From positions 1-10,591 of the forward strand of contig JAZDJN010000078.1 of NCBI GenBank assembly GCA_043803945.1: 10,591 nt of DNA. The letters run 5' to 3'. Position numbers and translations under genes: made by a program. The notes under the pieces were generated by a model. It searched no databases. It was not told the DNA's origin and saw only the letters and a list, made by a program, of their open reading frames with translations. Source of the DNA: a bacterium (GTDB taxonomy: Bacteria; Bacteroidota; Ignavibacteria; UBA10030). Of the stretch, positions 6,698 through 10,591 are shown piece after piece; the stretch's first letter is position 1; each line of letters begins with the position of its first letter.

Positions 6698-7381
6698 TAC
6701 TGTTTTTGCCTTTACTCTTCTTTGCACCTCTGCTATGCGCTCTCTTTTTAATCGCATCCTTCATTTGGCTCAATGCCGGCGATACATCAGAAGGTGATTT
6801 CTTCAAGTCAACATCCATTGCTTCTTCCAATTCCTTCACTGTAGGCATTTGGCTTTTCAACTTCTGTGGAAGCGATTGCGCAAGTTTATAGTCCGCAACA
6901 CCCAGCTGGGTTGAGATACCCTTGAGCGTAAACCATATCACGGTGTCATTGGGAGTTTTACACAGCAGCACTCCAATGGTCGGGTTATCGGTTTTCCCTT
7001 TTATCTACTCGTTCACTGTATTGACATAAAAATTGAGTTTGCCTGCAAACTCCGGTTTAAAATCCCCGATTTTGAGTTCAAAGATCACAAAGCAGTGTAA
7101 ATGATAATTGTAGAACAACAAGTCCAAAAAGTAATCATCCCCGTCAACATTCAGGTTATACTGGTTGCCCACGGAAGCAACGCCACGGATGCATACAATC
7201 TTGTAACGGGAGGCTGCAACTTTGTGGTGATCTCTAATTTTGCAACGGACGGTTGCAACATTGGAGGCGTAGCCGATTGTGCGGGGCTATCGGGTAATGT
7301 TGCAAGTGGCGCTTGCAAGATTCCGAATTGCGGATAAGCAACAATGCTCCGATATTCTTTTACACTGCTTTTACTTGCCAT
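6690..7381 (-). pseudogene. YhcG/DUF1016-family PD-(D/E)xK nuclease pseudogene
   Basis: The frame from about 7172 reads VGNQYNLNVDGDDYFLDLLFYNYHLHCFVIFELKIGDFKPEFAGKLNFYVNTVNE*IKGKTDNPTIGVLLCK...MPTVKELE, which is the DUF1016 C-terminal signature with an in-frame TAG at 7005-7007. The upstream ORF 7151-7381, in another frame, has DUF1016-N-like AYPQF..LQxxVAKL..LPW. The total length is far shorter than an intact family member. Confidence 0.88.
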
Positions 7382-7383
7382 TG

Positions 7384-9066
7384 TTATGACTTGTTCAGAT
7401 TATCGATGTTGATTTTTGAAAGATTCTCTTTAATACGATTATTGAGTTCTGCTTCTTCTGCAATCTGCTTTTCAAGTTCGGTTTTAAGCTGTGAGAACCT
7501 CTCCGCAAAATTAAAATCGTCCTCATCATCTGGCAAGCCAATGTATCTGCCGGGAGTGAGTACGTAATCCTTTGCTTTCACCTCTTCAATCGTAGCGCTC
7601 TTGCAAAAACCAGGGATGTCGGTGTATTCACCCTCACCCGACATACGGTCACCCTCTCGCTTGCCTTCTTTGTTATGTCCCTCTCCCGCTGGGAGAGGGA
7701 TTAAGGGTGAGGGAGGCGAGGGAGCAGAACGCCAATTGTGATACGTCCTCGCAATTCGTGTAATGTCCTCCGCTGCCAAATCTCTGTTCTTCCGGTTAAT
7801 CAAAAAGCCGTGGTTGCGTGCGTCAATAAACAAAATCTGCCGTGTCCGCTTCTTTTTATTCCTTCGCATAAACCAGAGGCATGCCGGTATCTGCGTATTG
7901 AGAAACAATTTTGTCGGCAGGTTTACTATGCAGTCAATCAAATCGTTTTCAATCAATGCTTTCCGTATATCACCTTCGGTGTTGGTCTTAGTAGTAAGCG
8001 AACCTTTAGCCAATACAAATCCTGCCAAACCATTAGGTGCAAGATGGTATAAAAAATGAAGTATCCATGCGTAATTTGCATTGGCAGCTGGAGGTGGAAG
8101 TTTCTCACCTAAAATGGTCCATCGGGCATCGTCACGCAGCAGCTCGCCGCTCCAGTCGCTGTCGTTAAACGGAGGGTTGGCAATAACGTAGTCTGCTTTC
8201 AGATCCTTGTGTGCATCATTCAGAAAAGAACCTTCGTTGTTCCACTTCACATTGCTGCTGTCAATACCGCGAATGGCGAGATTCATCTTCGCTAATCGCC
8301 ATGTGGTTTGGTTGCTTTCCTGCCCGTAAATAGAAATGCGGTCTTTGGGATTGATGCTGAGTTTTTTTCCATTGTATTTTTTGTAGTAATCGTTGTGGGC
8401 TTCCACAAACTTTTCGCTCTGCACGATCATACCACCACTGCCGAAGCAAGGATCAAATACTCTACCTTCGTAAGGTTCCAACATATCAACAAGCAGCCAC
8501 ACCACGCAGCCCGGAGTGTAGAACTGTCCGCCTTTCTTTCCTTCCGCCAACGCAAACTCACCGAGGAAATATTGAAACACACTGCCGAGCACGTCTTTGC
8601 TTTGCGCTTCTTTCGTGCCGAGTGCAGCACTGCCAACGAGATCGATCAAACCGCCAAGACTTTGCTTGTCCAATTTCTCCTGCGCAAATACTTTGGGCAG
8701 AACTCCGCGCAAGCTTGTGGGATTGTCCTTTTCTATCGCCTCCATTGCATCGTCAACATCTTTACCTATTGTGGGAAGCTTTGCTCTCCCTTGCAGCCAC
8801 TTCCACCGTGCAGAGGGCGGAACGTAGAAAACTTTCTCGGCTGTGTATTCGTTTTTATCTTCTGGATCGGCACCCTCGCTCTTTTGTTGTGCAACGAGCT
8901 TTTGGTACAATTCCTCGAACGCATCGGAGATGTATTTTAGGAATATCAAGCCCAACACAATGTGCTTGTATTCGGCTGCATCCATGTTCTTGCGGAGCTT
9001 GTCGGCTGCTTTCCAGAGTTTCTTTTCGAGCGGTTCTTCCTGTTCAGATTTTGGTTGTTTTGCCAT
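7384..9066 (-). CDS. hsdM: Type I RM N6-adenine methyltransferase subunit M
   Basis: HsdM N-terminus (LWKAADKLR...[16 protein letters not shown]), GQFYTP, SAM-binding DPCFGSGG, catalytic NPPF, and [10 protein letters not shown]. Confidence 0.97.
   Translation of the reverse strand: MAKQPKSEQEEPLEKKLWKAADKLRKNMDAAEYKHIVLGLIFLKYISDAFEELYQKLVAQQKSEGADPEDKNEYTAEKVFYVPPSARWKWLQGRAKLPTIGKDVDDAMEAIEKDNPTSLRGVLPKVFAQEKLDKQSLGGLIDLVGSAALGTKEAQSKDVLGSVFQYFLGEFALAEGKKGGQFYTPGCVVWLLVDMLEPYEGRVFDPCFGSGGMIVQSEKFVEAHNDYYKKYNGKKLSINPKDRISIYGQESNQTTWRLAKMNLAIRGIDSSNVKWNNEGSFLNDAHKDLKADYVIANPPFNDSDWSGELLRDDARWTILGEKLPPPAANANYAWILHFLYHLAPNGLAGFVLAKGSLTTKTNTEGDIRKALIENDLIDCIVNLPTKLFLNTQIPACLWFMRRNKKKRTRQILFIDARNHGFLINRKNRDLAAEDITRIARTYHNWRSAPSPPSPLIPLPAGEGHNKEGKREGDRMSGEGEYTDIPGFCKSATIEEVKAKDYVLTPGRYIGLPDDEDDFNFAERFSQLKTELEKQIAEEAELNNRIKENLSKINIDNLNKS
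7631..7713. repeat. Family A inverted doublet in frame in hsdM
   Basis: CCCTCACCC (7631-7639) and GGGTGAGGG (7705-7713) bound the segment. It contains TCCCTCTCCC-gct-GGGAGAGGGA (7678-7700) and a decayed partner (CACCCTCTCGC, about 7650-7660). Encodes [12 protein letters not shown]...MSGEG. Confidence 0.88.
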
Positions 9067-9101
9067 TTGATGTTTTTGTTTGATTAATATTCCATAGAAA
9101 T

Positions 9102-9149
9102 GAAAAAACCCGCCTGACGTTTGCTGTTCTCACGCCCCACGGGTTTTTC
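9102..9149 (-). promoter_or_regulatory. Terminator-like hairpin in the region upstream of hsdM
   Basis: AAAAACCCG (9104-9112) pairs with CGGGTTTTT (9140-9148), with a possible inner helix. On the minus strand it ends in TTTTTTCATTTC about 35 nt before the hsdM ATG. Confidence 0.5.
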
Positions 9150-9279
9150 TTTTGCCGGTTTTACTCTCCTCTGTTCAGCAATCCAGTAGAAATGTAGATG
9201 AATGTGGAAGGAAAAGCAAGGAGTGACCAGTTTGAAGGTCGTTTTCAATACACAGGATTTCTTTTTGGGAGCGGCACTA

Positions 9280-9499
9280 GTTACCTTTTGGAATTTCCGA
9301 AATACCTTTTTCTATCCCGAAGTGACCTTTTATTATCTCCACGATACCTTTGAATTTGTTTCGGAAGCCTTTTTCTGCCTCAGACATACCTTATTGTATC
9401 TTGGAGACACCCTTTAATACCCCTTACAGACCTTTTACTATCCTTCAAATACTTTTTTCTCTGTCGGAGGGAACTTTTAATATCTTTAGGTTACCTTTG
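9280..9499. repeat. Degenerate tandem array with 21-bp period, about 10.5 units
   Basis: ACCTTT-like cores at 9283, 9304, 9325, 9346, 9367, 9388, 9409, 9430, 9451, 9472 and 9493, usually with a TATC-like box 9 nt after the core start. Confidence 0.85.
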
Positions 9500-9654
9500 A
9501 GAGTGATTGATAAATGGTAGGGAAGCATTCCTCTTCCTATCCTTGAATTTTCGGCTATAAATCTATTAAACCTTCTTCAGTGTGTATTGTCTATTAAGTA
9601 TATTATCCCTAACTATCTTACAGTTCAAAATACCAATCAAAGGAGGAAGATTTA

Positions 9655-10362
9655 ATGAAGACCACCAGACTGATGATTGTTTTTTCTGTCTTGCTGTTAG
9701 TTGCTGCCTTGTTTAGCACAGGTTGCAGCGACAAGAACAATGTCAATGGGCCTGAACGCATCGATTTCGAAAGTGCTCAATTTGCCCTTATCGATTACAC
9801 AGACATTGAAAATGCGATCGAAGACGGCGACTCTTATAACGCAATCGCATTCAATACCTCGATGTTAAATTATAGTTTCATGGATGGCGACCGGCCTTTT
9901 ATGCCAGGGAATGGACCAATGCGAGGAATGGGATGGTTTGATCGCTTTGATTTTGGGAAACATTTAGGAATGATCTTCAGGCGCTTGAATTTTACAGACG
10001 ATCAAAAAGTTGCAGTCAAAGAACTCACAAAGAATTTCCATGATGCCATGAAGCCGCTCGTGCAGCAATTCCATGAAGCGAATAAGACCATCATTCAAGA
10101 TGCCAATGCAAAACGCAAGGTCATTGCGGAAGATCTGAAGGCAGGTACTATCACGCGTGAGCAAGCCGGTGCGAAATTCAAGGAGCTCAACGACGCTACG
10201 CGCAAACAAATCAATGAAAATGATGCTTCCAAGACGATCAAAACGGATATGTGTGCTGAGCGAGATAAACTCTTTGCCGGAGTGAAAGCGAAGCTTGTTG
10301 GAGAACAGATTACCAATTGGAATAACTATATTTCAAAAATAAAGGATCCTTGCAGTCTGTAA
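9655..10362 (+). CDS. Predicted lipoprotein with a helical Spy/CpxP-like region
   Basis: AGGAGG SD at 9641-9646. Basic N-terminus, hydrophobic stretch and lipobox FSTG-C. A Gly/Met-rich stretch is followed by LNFTDDQKVAVKEL (LTxxQ-like) and a helical Lys/Glu-rich region. The function call is tentative. Confidence 0.8.
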   Translation: MKTTRLMIVFSVLLLVAALFSTGCSDKNNVNGPERIDFESAQFALIDYTDIENAIEDGDSYNAIAFNTSMLNYSFMDGDRPFMPGNGPMRGMGWFDRFDFGKHLGMIFRRLNFTDDQKVAVKELTKNFHDAMKPLVQQFHEANKTIIQDANAKRKVIAEDLKAGTITREQAGAKFKELNDATRKQINENDASKTIKTDMCAERDKLFAGVKAKLVGEQITNWNNYISKIKDPCSL

Positions 10363-10387
10363 TTAAAATGTAATTCGTGAAAGCAAT

Positions 10388-10422
10388 GAAGCCGGTCTAA
10401 AATGGACCGGCTTCTTTTTTTT
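10388..10422 (+). terminator. Rho-independent terminator
   Basis: GAAGCCGGTC-taaaatg-GACCGGCTTC followed by T8, 25 nt after the lipoprotein stop. Confidence 0.92.
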
Positions 10423-10468
10423 CGATAGTTCTCCACTTAACTACCATATCCACTACTGTCCGGTTAAA

Positions 10469-10486
10469 AGTTGAATAAATTCAACT
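10469..10486. promoter_or_regulatory. Operator-like palindrome AGTTGAAT-aa-ATTCAACT
   Basis: Perfect 8-bp inverted repeat with a 2-nt spacer in AT-rich intergenic DNA. Confidence 0.35.
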
Positions 10487-10591
10487 GGTTAGCAGGGCAA
10501 TGGTTATGAATTTGTAGATCAATTGGTGTAAGTGCTTGATACAAAGGGTCTTTCTGAAAAAGAGTTATGCTTAAAATCTGTAGAATTGTGT

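Noticed and set aside
6698-6757. N-terminal 20-aa extension of HsdS in the ORF track
   Set aside because: It overlaps the tail of the DUF1016 remnant; Met21 gives a typical HsdS start coupled to the upstream stop.
8308-9083. Plus-strand ORFs (210 aa, 153 aa and others) opposite hsdM, and similar ones opposite hsdR and hsdS
   Set aside because: Antisense shadows of well-supported genes, with no motifs or SD sequences.
9202-9417. 71-aa plus-strand ORF as a real gene
   Set aside because: It is a by-product of the 21-bp array: its stop falls mid-array and the periodicity continues beyond it.

Overview
Mostly a minus-strand Type I restriction-modification locus: hsdM (7384..9066), a decayed YhcG/DUF1016 PD-(D/E)xK pseudogene, hsdS, a ClpP-fold SDH_sah-type serine protease and hsdR (286..4098). 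It is flanked on the left by the 5' end of a URO-D-family gene and on the right by a divergent lipoprotein gene with an intrinsic terminator. The most striking feature is that all three hsd genes carry short palindromic DNA elements inserted in frame, from at least three repeat families. One family (CCCTCACCC-tail + CC(T)CTCCC-nnn-GGGAG(A)GG hairpin) brackets, in inverted orientation, a complete DUF559/Vsr-like endonuclease domain fused inside HsdR. The same family occurs without the nuclease elsewhere in hsdR and in hsdM, which suggests a nuclease + palindrome mobile system that colonises coding sequences. Between hsdM and the lipoprotein gene lies a degenerate array of about 11 units with an exact 21-bp period. 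Family assignments come from motif recognition by eye, not database searches.
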